A stretch of 60,575 nt of DNA from Lentisphaerales bacterium (GTDB lineage: Bacteria > Verrucomicrobiota > Kiritimatiellia > JAUXFM01), in contig JAUXFM010000003.1 of NCBI GenBank assembly GCA_030622955.1, positions 1-60,575 on the forward strand, read 5' to 3'. Positions within the stretch are counted from its first letter, which is position 1. Each line of letters begins with the position of its first letter. Positions 27,489-37,230 of the stretch are shown here, piece after piece. The position numbers were made by a program, and so were the translations under genes. Under the pieces are notes generated by a model, which was not told where the DNA came from, ran no database searches, and saw nothing but the letters and a program-made list of their open reading frames with translations.

Positions 27489-27768
27489 CGGATAACCCTC
27501 CCTGTCCTGACATCGAGAGACATGCTACTCGAAGCTCTGTCACAGAACAAGACCTTCTGGGCTCGCTTGCAGCAGAGTGGCAGGAATGTCTAAGCCGGAA
27601 GGCATGAGATCTGACATCCTTGCTTGCGCCATTGGTCATTCGGGTTCAGACGCTCATAAGTCATTTCCACGGCCTGCAACCGGCATGTGACGCAATTCGG
27701 GCCAGCGCCATTCTGGACTACGCCTGTTGCTTACGGTATAGTTCGTCAGCACAAGTGGAGATAACAAC

Positions 27769-28761
27769 ATGTCGCGTTCGGGTACCATAGAGCAGTTTGA
27801 TGCCGGCCGGTTCGATGAGATCCTCGATCGTAATCGGCACCCGCACCATGCCAATTACTACGCGATGTATTCAAGCGTGATTGGCGGCATCGTTACTGAT
27901 CCGGCCCTGATGCTCTTGCCTGTTGATGACCACATGGTGCATCGTGGTGACGGCGTGTTCGAGGTTTTCAAGTGTGTTGGTGGCAAGATCTACAACATGC
28001 AAGCACATCTCGAGCGACTTCAGCTTTCGGCAGACGTGCTGGGTTACAGGGATACTCCCTCGATGCAGGAGATTACTCATTTGGTGATCGAGACCGTCAA
28101 GGCTGGTGGCCGACGGGAATGCGTCATAAGGCTCTTCATTTCACGTGGCACGGGAAGCTTCGATACGAATCCTTACGATTGCCAGAACTGCGAGCTTTAC
28201 ATTGTAATAACCAGTTCGAAGCCATCCCCCATGCAGCAGTTCCCGCGGGGAATAAAAGGGAAAGTGAGCGAGATCCCAGCAAAACGTCCCTTTATCGCTC
28301 GCGTTAAAAGTGTCAATTATTTGATGAACGTGCTCATGCGCAAAGAAGCAATTGATGCTGCCGTCAACTTCGTTGTTTCGCTCGACGAACAAAAACGTAT
28401 TGCAGAGGGTGCTACAGAGAACATCGGCGTCATCACCGACGAGAAGAAGTTGTTATTTCCCGTGGCCGAACGGACATTGCGTGGCACCACCATGATCCGA
28501 GTTATTGAACTCGCGCAGGAGCTGATAGCTGTGAGTCATTTGGCAGCCGCCGATTTTGCAGATCTTTCCGTCGACGATATTCTTGGTGCCAAGGAAGTGT
28601 TCATTGCAGGAACAAGTACCGATATTGCCGCTGTCACAGAGTTCGAGGGGCAGAAAATAGGCGATGGCAAGCCCGGCCCGATCTGGCGAAAACTCTCAGC
28701 TCTACTCGACAAGGATGTGCGCACCAACAGTGCCCTCTCCACCCCTGTGTTCGGGGAATAA
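27769..28761 (+). CDS. PLP fold-IV aminotransferase (D-amino-acid transaminase / ADC-lyase-like)
   Basis: DDHMVHRGDGVFE, HLERL, KSVNYL (PLP lysine), EGATEN, LRGTT, IGDGKPGP. Confidence 0.92.
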   Translation: MSRSGTIEQFDAGRFDEILDRNRHPHHANYYAMYSSVIGGIVTDPALMLLPVDDHMVHRGDGVFEVFKCVGGKIYNMQAHLERLQLSADVLGYRDTPSMQEITHLVIETVKAGGRRECVIRLFISRGTGSFDTNPYDCQNCELYIVITSSKPSPMQQFPRGIKGKVSEIPAKRPFIARVKSVNYLMNVLMRKEAIDAAVNFVVSLDEQKRIAEGATENIGVITDEKKLLFPVAERTLRGTTMIRVIELAQELIAVSHLAAADFADLSVDDILGAKEVFIAGTSTDIAAVTEFEGQKIGDGKPGPIWRKLSALLDKDVRTNSALSTPVFGE

Positions 28762-28814
28762 CGTCTGCCATCAGCGGCGCGGTTTACCGTGTACGGTTGA
28801 ATGTTTTGTTCCTG
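28756..28814 (-). other. attC-like integron cassette recombination site
   Basis: Minus strand CAGGAAC-aaaa-CATTCAAC-cgtacacggtaaaccgcgcc-GCTGATG-gcagac-GTTATTC. 59 bp, AAC...GTT ends, imperfect L boxes with an extra base, central hairpin. Confidence 0.5.
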
Positions 28815-29856
28815 TCTTTTTCAGCCAACTGCCAATATCCTGATCCTGAATGACCGAAGCGCGTTGCGAAAAGAAAAGGAAGTGGTCTTCTTTCGGATAG
28901 TAATGAGAGGCCACTGACAATCCCTTGTTCCTGAGGATCGCCTCGGCGGTGCGAACTGCTGTCGCAGGAATCCTGCGATCGTTCTCACCATGTATGATCA
29001 AAAACTCTTTGCCCGCTGAGCTGGACGCGAAATCGACAGATGAGATTATCTTCGATTCCAAAACCGGTGAAATGAGGACAAACCCCTTGTAGCGGTTGCT
29101 GTGATTCTGTATCTCTCTGATAACCCCTCTTCCGCCATTGGAAAGGCCAGCCAAGTAAATGGACTTCTGGTTAAGTGCGGGCTCTTCCACGCAGTGCTCG
29201 TAGACCGCTGTTAATACGGAGGAATCTTCGTCGAGATGCCAGTTGCCACAACCGTATGTTGGTGCGATCACCGCGTAGCCTTCTGAATCAGCCATACTCT
29301 TCAATACCCATGTATAGCCCTTGAAGTTGCCAAGGCTGCCATGAAGAAAGATCACAACCGGATAGGATTCTAACGCCAAATGTCGTGGAACATATTCGTA
29401 GAAATGCAAGGTGCGCCGCTTGCCCTCAAGAATATCTTCGTAACACGTGCTCAGTGCTGAGCCGGCTTCTACAAAGAGAGCATCCTGTCGCATTTCGCGG
29501 TAGATATCGAGAAAGAGCCGTCGGATGCGGACACCTTGTTGCTGATCGATGAACGGATCGATATGTGGAAATAGGTAAGATCCGATTTTGAGCTGGTCGA
29601 TTTCCGGCACTACATTCGCCAACGTGTTTTTACTGAAGGAACTATTGCCAGAATATCTCTGGGTGAAATTGCCATCTGGGATGCCCCCTGCGGGCGCTAT
29701 AGCTGAAGCGCAGCTGAAACAGCATAACCCGCCGATCAGCAGGAATCCTGCAATGAATATTCCCGGTACCCTAACTCTTCGGAACCACAGGAGCCACAGA
29801 GATATGATTCCGCTCAGCAGCATAACAAAAGCGCCGCCCACGAAACGACCCCCCAT
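28771..29856 (-). CDS. Alpha/beta hydrolase (esterase/phospholipase-like) with N-terminal TM helices
   Basis: FLHGSLG, GLSNGG nucleophile, HGENDRRI, EDH. The true 5' end is uncertain because repeats abut it. Confidence 0.8.
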   Translation of the reverse strand: MGGRFVGGAFVMLLSGIISLWLLWFRRVRVPGIFIAGFLLIGGLCCFSCASAIAPAGGIPDGNFTQRYSGNSSFSKNTLANVVPEIDQLKIGSYLFPHIDPFIDQQQGVRIRRLFLDIYREMRQDALFVEAGSALSTCYEDILEGKRRTLHFYEYVPRHLALESYPVVIFLHGSLGNFKGYTWVLKSMADSEGYAVIAPTYGCGNWHLDEDSSVLTAVYEHCVEEPALNQKSIYLAGLSNGGRGVIREIQNHSNRYKGFVLISPVLESKIISSVDFASSSAGKEFLIIHGENDRRIPATAVRTAEAILRNKGLSVASHYYPKEDHFLFFSQRASVIQDQDIGSWLKKTGTKHSTVHGKPRR

Positions 29857-29857
29857 T

Positions 29858-29947
29858 GGGCCCAGGGTCAGTCCTCTTATTTAGGTATTCATGGCCCAGG
29901 GTCAGGGCCCAGGGCCCAGGGTCAGTCCTCTTATTTAGGTATTCATG
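29858..29947 (+). repeat. Two identical 36-bp direct repeats with partial copies between
   Basis: gggcccagggtcagtcctcttatttaggtattcatg at 29858-29893 and 29912-29947. The intervening 18 nt consist of repeat fragments. Confidence 0.9.
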
Positions 29948-30139
29948 ATTGACGCGCTTCCCACCTGTTGATAAGGGCATGGTCTGTAATAGAGGGCTAA
30001 GTGAACGACTGAGAATGGGATGTTCTTCCAATATCACTGGTTACCTAAAAAGTGTTCATGAATCAAGTGATGTCAGAACCAGAAAACTGCTCAGATAGCT
30101 ACGTCCGTAACGAGCAGCAGGGTGTCGCCAATAATGTAT

Positions 30140-30164
30140 TACCTAAATAAGAGGACTGTGACCC
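30140..30164 (-). repeat. Inverted copy of the 36-bp repeat core
   Basis: tacctaaataagaggactg(tg)accc is the reverse complement of gggtcagtcctcttatttaggta with a 2-nt insertion. Confidence 0.85.
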
Positions 30165-30170
30165 TTTTGC

Positions 30171-30694
30171 ACAGGAGATGGCCGTGGGATTAAGATCTTA
30201 ACGGTCATTGATGAATACACTCGGGAATGCCTGGCTTTGAAGGTAGCAAGGTGTTTGAGATCGGAAGATGTGTTGGAAGTGCTGGACGATTTGTTTATAC
30301 GCAGAGGTATACCGGAACATATTAGAAGTGATAATGGTTCTGAGTTCACGGCTGAAGCGGCGAGATCCTGGCTGGACACGCTGAAGATCAAACCACTATA
30401 TATTGAGTCTGGCAGCCCGTGGGAAAACGGATATGTTGAGAGCTTCCATGGAAAGCTCCGGGATGAACTGTTGAACGGTGAGCTCTTCGATACGCTCTGG
30501 GAGGCTAAGGTCTTGATAGAGCAGTGGAGACGGCATTACAACACCATGCGTCCTCACAGCTCGCTGGGTTATCGTCCGCCTGCTCCGCAGACGCTTCAGT
30601 TGGCAGGTAATCTTTGGATTACAGGAGAAATATATGCTTGTCAGAAGAAGGTGCAACTTGCAGTATGAGTGGCCCCATTATCGGGGGCAGGTCA
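30171..30694 (+). mobile_element. IS3-family remnant: integrase core fragment plus right end
   Basis: Frame from 30171 reads TGDGRGIKILTVIDEYTRECL..IRSDNGSEF..GSPWENGYVESFHGKLRDE..YN..RPHSSLGY. Ends in ...GGGGCAGGTCA (30694), an IS3-like terminus. OrfA and the left end are missing. Confidence 0.88.
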
Positions 30695-30988
30695 GATCTC
30701 AGCACAATGAACCGCATACAGGCGACAAAGCAGAATATCCGTGAGTTGGCTGCGTTCTTGCGACACCTGCGGAAATCACACCGCCCCTTACCTGCTCTTC
30801 AACAGCCGGCAGATACCTTTCTGGATCAGTCACGCACACGTTGGTATGGCGACCGCGAACACGACTGGGCCTCAGAAGCGCCCCGCTTTCAGCGCTACAC
30901 TGTAAACGAACCGGTCCTTGGACCTCGGTTGCCGCGAACAGAGAAGATGAGAAGAACCCGGCACGCAAGTAAGTGAGAAGAAAAGGTT

Positions 30989-32443
30989 ATGAGTAAGCAA
31001 CCCAATATTGTCATGTTTCTGGTGGATGATATGGGATGGCAGGATACATCTGAGCCATTCTGGACAGAACCTACACCGTTTAATGAGCGCTACCGAACAC
31101 CGAATATGGAGCGACTTGCGCGATCGGGGGTGAAGTTCACTCAGGCCTATGCCTGTTCCGTGTGTTCGCCCAGTCGTGTGAGCCTCATAACGGGGTTGAA
31201 TGCCGCACGCCATCGTGTGACCAACTGGACGTTTGCAAAAAACGAGGCCAAGGATTCGGAATCGGACGAGCTCATCTTTCCGGACTGGAATGTCAATGGG
31301 ATCACGCCGTCGCCCGATGGCGAGCGTGCAGTTCATGCCAAATGTCTGCCGGAGTTCTTGCGGGACGTTGGCTATCGGACGATCCACGTCGGCAAAGCAC
31401 ATTTAGGCGCTTTCGACACGCCGGGCGCCGATCCGAAGAACCTGGGCTTTGACGTCAATATTGCTGGGCACGCGGCAGGCGGACCGGGCAGCTATCTGAG
31501 CGAGCAGGGCTTCGGTGCCGATTGGCGTGGCGGGGACAATCATTGGACTGTGCCCGGACTGGAAGCATATCATGATTCGGGCACGTTTCTGACAGAGGTG
31601 TTGACACTTGAAGCCAACAAGGAAGTGGATCGCTCCGTAGCTGAGGGCAAACCGTTCTTTCTCCATATGTCGCACTATGCCGTGCATGTTCCCTTTGCCG
31701 AGGATCCGCGCTTCATCGACAATTACGGAGATCTTCCAGAGCAAGAAGCGATGTATGCCGCATTGGTCGAAGGCATGGATAAGAGCCTGGGTGATATCCT
31801 GGACCGTATTGACAAGCTTGGAATTGCGGACCAAACGATCGTGATCTTCATGTCCGACAACGGCGGGCTCAGTGCACATGGCCGTGACGGGGAAGCGCAC
31901 ACGCACAACAAGCCTTTGTCGAGCGGAAAAGGGTCGGCGCATGAAGGCGGCATCAGAGAGCCCATGATTGTGCGATGGCCGGGGGTGACCCGGGCCGATT
32001 CAACCTGCGATGAATACGTGATGATTGAGGATTTCTTTGTTTCCATACTGGAAATGGCGGGGATACAGAATCCGGAACAGATCGGCGGGGTGCTGGATGG
32101 ACGCAGCTTCGTGCCGCTGTTACACGGTCAAAGCGGTGTTTCCACGGGACGTGCCCTGTTCTGGCACTATCCCAACAAATGGGGTTCTGATGGGCCCGGT
32201 ATCGGCAGCACCAGCGCCATACGCAAGGATGACTGGAAATTGATCTACTATCATGAACCCAGTGCCGCAAGTCAGTTCGAGCTGTTTAACATTTCGGAAG
32301 ACATTGGCGAGACGACCAACCTCGCCGCGTGCGAAGCGGACCGCGTAGCGGCACTGCGAAAAGAACTGCGTGAGTTCCTGATAGATTGCGATGCTCAGAT
32401 GCCCGTGGATAAACGCACAGGCAAAGTGGTGGCACTTCCCTAA
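30989..32443 (+). CDS. Formylglycine-dependent sulfatase (S1 family)
   Basis: PNIVMFLVDDMG, CSPSRVSLITG, GKAHLG, HYAVH, SDNGG, GKGSAHEGGIREP. Confidence 0.95.
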   Translation: MSKQPNIVMFLVDDMGWQDTSEPFWTEPTPFNERYRTPNMERLARSGVKFTQAYACSVCSPSRVSLITGLNAARHRVTNWTFAKNEAKDSESDELIFPDWNVNGITPSPDGERAVHAKCLPEFLRDVGYRTIHVGKAHLGAFDTPGADPKNLGFDVNIAGHAAGGPGSYLSEQGFGADWRGGDNHWTVPGLEAYHDSGTFLTEVLTLEANKEVDRSVAEGKPFFLHMSHYAVHVPFAEDPRFIDNYGDLPEQEAMYAALVEGMDKSLGDILDRIDKLGIADQTIVIFMSDNGGLSAHGRDGEAHTHNKPLSSGKGSAHEGGIREPMIVRWPGVTRADSTCDEYVMIEDFFVSILEMAGIQNPEQIGGVLDGRSFVPLLHGQSGVSTGRALFWHYPNKWGSDGPGIGSTSAIRKDDWKLIYYHEPSAASQFELFNISEDIGETTNLAACEADRVAALRKELREFLIDCDAQMPVDKRTGKVVALP

Positions 32444-32851
32444 AGGCAAAACTGAGTCAGTGGCTAATGCTCTTTCTTGGCCAGACCGGCGAGCTCCAGG
32501 CGAACTCACCTTGGCTGAGAACGACGCGCAGGTAGTTGTAATCCTCGGCTCGGTCCGAGGGCGTTTCATCAATATGGAATGAATCAGTGGAACAGCTCTG
32601 GACCCCACTCATGCATTGCGCCGCGAGCAGATGGCTGTTCTTGATCAACTCAATGCGATTGATCGTCATGAGCGACTGTGGCGGTGCAGCGAGTTATGGC
32701 AACGATGTTGGGGGAATTGCGAAGAACTTTCACTCTTTGATAACTGAAAATGGAGTTGTTGAACGGTGTCGGCAGCACATGTGGTCTCCGACTTCACCTC
32801 TGAGGCAGACCGGTCATCCGATGACGTCAGAAGCTTGAGATAAGAAGCAAC

Positions 32852-33067
32852 TTATGCAGCTCTCTTTAGCTCAATAATCGGAAGATGCTTGCGACTTTCC
32901 AGATATGACACATGCGGTACCAAGGGCGGAAGATTCTTATTGCGCATAATCTGAAGAGGCAGGCGAGGTGGCGCACGCTGATGAAATTCCTTCGGAGTCT
33001 GGGTGTAGGCGACCACGCTGACACCGTATTGGCGAACCAAGTTATTGGTGTATAGAATGGCCTCCAT
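32852..33067 (-). pseudogene. Possible decayed integrase/transposase C-terminus
   Basis: Ends VSYLESRKHLPIIELKRAA, reminiscent of rve-integrase C-termini. Upstream frame is broken; lies within the accessory patch. Confidence 0.3.
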
Positions 33068-33377
33068 TCCCGCATTGCGATCATAAAGTTGTTCCGTTGG
33101 CGTCGTAGGAGTCTGTTATGACAGACATGGCCTGATGGAAGGATCCAGACACCTGCGGGCCGGTCCCGAAACAAGTGCGGGATGCAGGCAGATGCGAGCA
33201 CATGCCCAGGATCTTCGCGCGCAGATCTATGACATTACCTGTAGGCGGTTGACATCTATAATGGAGAGATATTTAACCTACAACTTGGCGCCAACAGCAA
33301 CATAACGACAGAGCCAGTTTGGTGATTCGGGCCGCCTCATTGCTTTTTAGTCATTACCCACTATGGCTCTGTGCCCC

Positions 33378-34568
33378 TTATTTGTCGAATCCATCGATTG
33401 TCTTTGTGACATGGTCAATCAGGGGATGGTTAGCGTATTTCTGCCCCTCCACAGGAGGGATATAGTCGTAGTGAAACTCCCACCAGAACACTCCACGATA
33501 TTGTTTTGTGAATACCCATTCAAGCTTACGACTGAGGCTTCGAGTGTTGTCGATTGTCACAAATGTGGTCTTGTCGGGACTGGAATAATAGGGGGCCTCA
33601 GCTTTGGCATCGTACGATTCCTGCCATCCGTCCTTCAGCAACATCGGCAGTTCAGTATACGAGAAGTAGCGTCCTATCTTCTTTAGAGGTATTTCACTTT
33701 TCTGCCCTGGAGATATCCCTTTGTAGTAAAAACCATAGTTAGCCAGACCTATGCAGATCTTATCCGGAGAGAATGCAGTCCACTTGTTCCGCAATATGGT
33801 TTTCATTCTGTTTAGGGGTGTGTTGTGGGTTGCTTTAGCGCCCCAGAGTCCTCCGCCCATATCGTATGTCATCATATTTAACCAGTCTATGTGCTGACTC
33901 AGTTGCCGCGCTTGCGTTCGCGAGTAATTTCTCTTCGAATGATGAAGTGCCGTGGTCAAGTAATACTTGCGTGATGACGATCCAGCGTCCCGGTTTAAAG
34001 AACTTAGCGCTTTGCGTAAATCTGCCATGAGCGCGGTGTGCTGGCCTATGCTAAAGGCGCCCTCCCAATCGATTTCAATTCCGTCATAGTTATACTTCTT
34101 CACGAAAGCAGTCATCACCTTGGCAAACAAAGCTCTCTTCTTGCTATCTCTGGCTATAGGATTGAATTGTGTCCTGCCAGGAATGGAGAGTAGTACGTTG
34201 ACGTGTTTTTTATGAGCACGAGAAATGAGTTCAGGCACAAGGGCAACACCGGAGTCTCCTGCTGGGTATGAGTGGTGTTGAACCAGTTTACCCATGATAT
34301 CATTTTCGGACATGTTGAAATCTTCAGGTTTCCAAGCTGGTGCCGCCATGACATACATGAAATTGAACTGTTCAAACCGTGTTTGATCCAGTTGCGCTAT
34401 ATTCTTGATCCTGTTGCCTACAAGGTAGGTGGCATGTACAAAAGCCTTTTTGCTATCGTTTTGCATTTTCGAAGCCTCCTTGTGTGGTAACTCATCAGCT
34501 ATTAGATTTGATACACCAATAAGGGAAGCGGAACAAATTGTTGTCAGCATGAGGATTAATATTTTCAC
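33378..34568 (-). CDS. Secreted glycoside hydrolase family 18 (chitinase-like)
   Basis: Signal peptide, VLLSIPG, YDGIEIDWEG, MMTYDM, KICIGLANYG, YRGVFWWE. AAGGAG RBS. Confidence 0.92.
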   Translation of the reverse strand: MKILILMLTTICSASLIGVSNLIADELPHKEASKMQNDSKKAFVHATYLVGNRIKNIAQLDQTRFEQFNFMYVMAAPAWKPEDFNMSENDIMGKLVQHHSYPAGDSGVALVPELISRAHKKHVNVLLSIPGRTQFNPIARDSKKRALFAKVMTAFVKKYNYDGIEIDWEGAFSIGQHTALMADLRKALSSLNRDAGSSSRKYYLTTALHHSKRNYSRTQARQLSQHIDWLNMMTYDMGGGLWGAKATHNTPLNRMKTILRNKWTAFSPDKICIGLANYGFYYKGISPGQKSEIPLKKIGRYFSYTELPMLLKDGWQESYDAKAEAPYYSSPDKTTFVTIDNTRSLSRKLEWVFTKQYRGVFWWEFHYDYIPPVEGQKYANHPLIDHVTKTIDGFDK

Positions 34569-34648
34569 TGGTTTCTCCTTTGTTTAGATTAAATTGCTGG
34601 TGCGTAAACGACGGGCAAACCGGCATGATCGCAAACTAATAGGTTTTC

Positions 34649-36164
34649 GAGCCTCTTGCAAAACCCCGCAAACGGGCTGATTTTCTAAAAACGACTGATA
34701 CGCCTTGAAACGGCAATTCCAATCCTTGTCTCGATCTTTGTCGACGAGGATCGCGACAGCGGAACCGCAATCTTCGGTGCCCTTTTCTCAAGCATATGTT
34801 CCACGAAACGGATCCCCCCGAAGGGGGAAAGTTGCTATTCTTCTCTCATGCAAAACACCCCAAAACGGGAGGAGAAAAATGAGCAAACTTTCTGCGGTAA
34901 GTATAAGCATACAGCGGCATCTGTTTCCAGCATTAGAAGACGAAATCGGCGAACTTTCCGATAAGGAGTGCAAGTTCGTTCGGATCATCGAGTTGATCGA
35001 GATCGGGCGTTTCCTCGTTGGGTATGGCTGGTGCGGAGTGGGACGCAAACCCCACAGCCGTGCAGCGCTGGCCAAAGCGTTCATCGCCAAGGCGGTTTGG
35101 AACACGACCACGACGCGGGCCTTGATCGATCTGATACGCAGTAGTCCGAGTCTGCGGCGGTTATGCGGATGGGACGGGGTGGCGGACATCCCCGATGAGA
35201 GTGCGTTTTCGCGCACTTTCGCCCTCTTTTCCGAAATGGAATTACCTCAGCGTATTCATGAGGCACTGGTGAACGATCATCTTGGGCTCAAGCTATGCGG
35301 TCATATCAGCCGCGACGCCACGGCTATCAAGGGCCGCGAGAAACCGAAGCCCAAGGAGAAGACGAAGAAGAAAGCGAAGAAACGGGGACGGCCAAGAAAG
35401 GGGGAGAAGCGTGAAAATGCGCCACCACGGCGCTTGGAGTTGCAACCGCACAGGAGCCTTGAGGAAAACCTCAATGATCTGCCTGTCTTCTGCAATGTGG
35501 GCTGTAAGAAAAACAGCAAGGGCTACAAGGAAACCTGGATCGGGTACAAGTTGCACCTGGATGTCATCGACGGCGATATTCCGATCAGCGGTATCCTCAC
35601 CGCCGCCTCGTTGCACGACTCCCAAGTCGCTATCCCGCTGGCTCAAATGAGTGTCGAACGCGTCACCAGCCTTTATGATTTGATGGATGCGGCTTATGAC
35701 GCCAAAGCGATCCACGACTTCAGTCGGTCGCTGAACCATGTGCCGATCATTGATGACAACCCCGGCCGCGGAAAAGATAAGCAGCAAATGGCCCCGGCCG
35801 AAAAGATCCGGTTCAAGGAACGCTCTTCCGCAGAGCGCGTGAACTCGAACCTGAAAGACAATTACGGAGGGAATCATGTCCGCGTGCGGGGGGACAAGAA
35901 GGTGGCTTGTCACCTGATGTTCGGGCTTCTCGCGCTCACCGCCACGCAGCTTTTTAACCTACTGCTCTGACGAAACAGACAGCTTCCGCCAGGAACGGCT
36001 GCTTTTCGTCCTCCAAAACACGGTGGACCGGGACCGGTGTGCCAAAAAACGACCGTTTCTCGCGTCGGTACTGGATTTTCCCTCGAAATCTGCACAACAT
36101 CATGCGATAGTCACGATATCACGCCGGTGCGGACTGACTCGCCGGATAGTTTTGCAAGAGGCTC
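34649..36164 (+). mobile_element. Apparently complete insertion sequence (IS5/IS1182-like DDE), 1516 bp
   Basis: Perfect 16-bp terminal inverted repeats gagcctcttgcaaaac (34649-34664) and gttttgcaagaggctc (36149-36164) around a transposase. No target duplication seen. Confidence 0.9.
34879..35970 (+). CDS. DDE transposase
   Basis: LRRLCGW, ISRDATAI, WIGYKLHL, ASLHDS, LMDAAYD, RSSAERVNSNLK. GGAGG RBS before ATG 34879. Confidence 0.92.
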   Translation: MSKLSAVSISIQRHLFPALEDEIGELSDKECKFVRIIELIEIGRFLVGYGWCGVGRKPHSRAALAKAFIAKAVWNTTTTRALIDLIRSSPSLRRLCGWDGVADIPDESAFSRTFALFSEMELPQRIHEALVNDHLGLKLCGHISRDATAIKGREKPKPKEKTKKKAKKRGRPRKGEKRENAPPRRLELQPHRSLEENLNDLPVFCNVGCKKNSKGYKETWIGYKLHLDVIDGDIPISGILTAASLHDSQVAIPLAQMSVERVTSLYDLMDAAYDAKAIHDFSRSLNHVPIIDDNPGRGKDKQQMAPAEKIRFKERSSAERVNSNLKDNYGGNHVRVRGDKKVACHLMFGLLALTATQLFNLLL

Positions 36165-36538
36165 ATATATCTACTTAATAGCGGTTCTGCTGATCATGGA
36201 TTCTGACGTGATCAGCGCTGCGAAGGTCGCCAGACCCAAAAAACTTGGCATGCCGTGCCGGAGCAGGATGGAATCTTCTGTACGTTGTCGCGTGTCGAAC
36301 ACCGGTCAACCCAGCGCCGGAATACCGGTCGCGTAATCGGCGTCGATCATGTGACGTTGACCTTTCCAGCGATACTCGCATCCCCGCATCTCGCATGACT
36401 CTTCGAGAAGCCTCAGGCGCTGGCCTCCTGCTTCACTTGAAAAACGTGGGAAAGTCCAAATGACTTGACCGATGGCGCTGAAAGAGGTAAATATGACGCT
36501 GTGTTCAGGTTTTATGATCTAGCAAAAGAGTAATTGTT

Positions 36539-37216
36539 ATGAATTTCGGAATCATAGTTGCCGGTGGCAAAAGCAAGAGGATGGGCACGAAGGCGGACAA
36601 AGCCTTTGTCAATCTGGGCACAAAACCCGTAATTACCTATTCTCTCAAAGCCTTTGAGGAGTGCCCGGATATTGACGGCATCGTCCTCGTTGTCCGGAAG
36701 GACAGGCTGGAGGCAGCTAAAGGTATGGTCAAGATGTTCGGCTTCGCGAAAGTCCAGGATGTCGTGGCTGGCGGCAATGAACGACAGACCTCTGTAGCGA
36801 ACGGATTGGCAGTGCTGGGCGATGAGGTGAAGATCGTGGCTGTGCATGATGGCGCAAGGCCCTGTGTTAAACCGGAGCTTATCTCGGATACCATCAAGTC
36901 CGCCAAGCGTTATGATTCCGGGGTTGCGGCTGCCAAGGTCACCGATACGATCAAGGAAATTAAGCGCGGCCATGTCGTAAACCGGACGGTGGACCGTACG
37001 ACGCTATGGTCTGTGCAGACCCCCCAGACTTTCAAGAAGGATCTGCTGCTTGAGGGTTTTGCGGCAGTCAAGAAGAAGAACGCAAGCGTGACGGACGAGG
37101 CTTCTGCTGTGGAGCTGCTGGGCAAGGAAGTCAGAATCGTTCCTGCAGCATGGTCAAACGTCAAGATCACAACGCCAGATGATCTCCAGATTGCGGCCGC
37201 CCTGCTGCATGTTTAA
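36539..37216 (+). CDS. ispD: 2-C-methyl-D-erythritol 4-phosphate cytidylyltransferase
   Basis: AGGKSKRMG, GGNERQTSV, VHDGARP, DTIK, QTPQTF, TDEAS, NVKITTPDDL. Confidence 0.95.
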   Translation: MNFGIIVAGGKSKRMGTKADKAFVNLGTKPVITYSLKAFEECPDIDGIVLVVRKDRLEAAKGMVKMFGFAKVQDVVAGGNERQTSVANGLAVLGDEVKIVAVHDGARPCVKPELISDTIKSAKRYDSGVAAAKVTDTIKEIKRGHVVNRTVDRTTLWSVQTPQTFKKDLLLEGFAAVKKKNASVTDEASAVELLGKEVRIVPAAWSNVKITTPDDLQIAAALLHV

Positions 37217-37230
37217 CCCGCCCGCAAACC

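Noticed and set aside
29858-29947. 36-bp direct repeats as a CRISPR array
   Set aside because: Only two copies, the 18-nt 'spacer' is made of repeat fragments, an inverted copy lies nearby, and there are no cas genes.
32693-33306. Weak inverted similarity gttatg..tgttgg / ccaaca..cataac as element ends or attC halves
   Set aside because: Too short, unequal spacing and about 600 bp apart; compatible with chance.
34705-34878. N-terminal extension of the transposase from the TTG at 34705
   Set aside because: The ATG at 34879 has a strong GGAGG RBS, and the extension lies in the IS left-end non-coding region.
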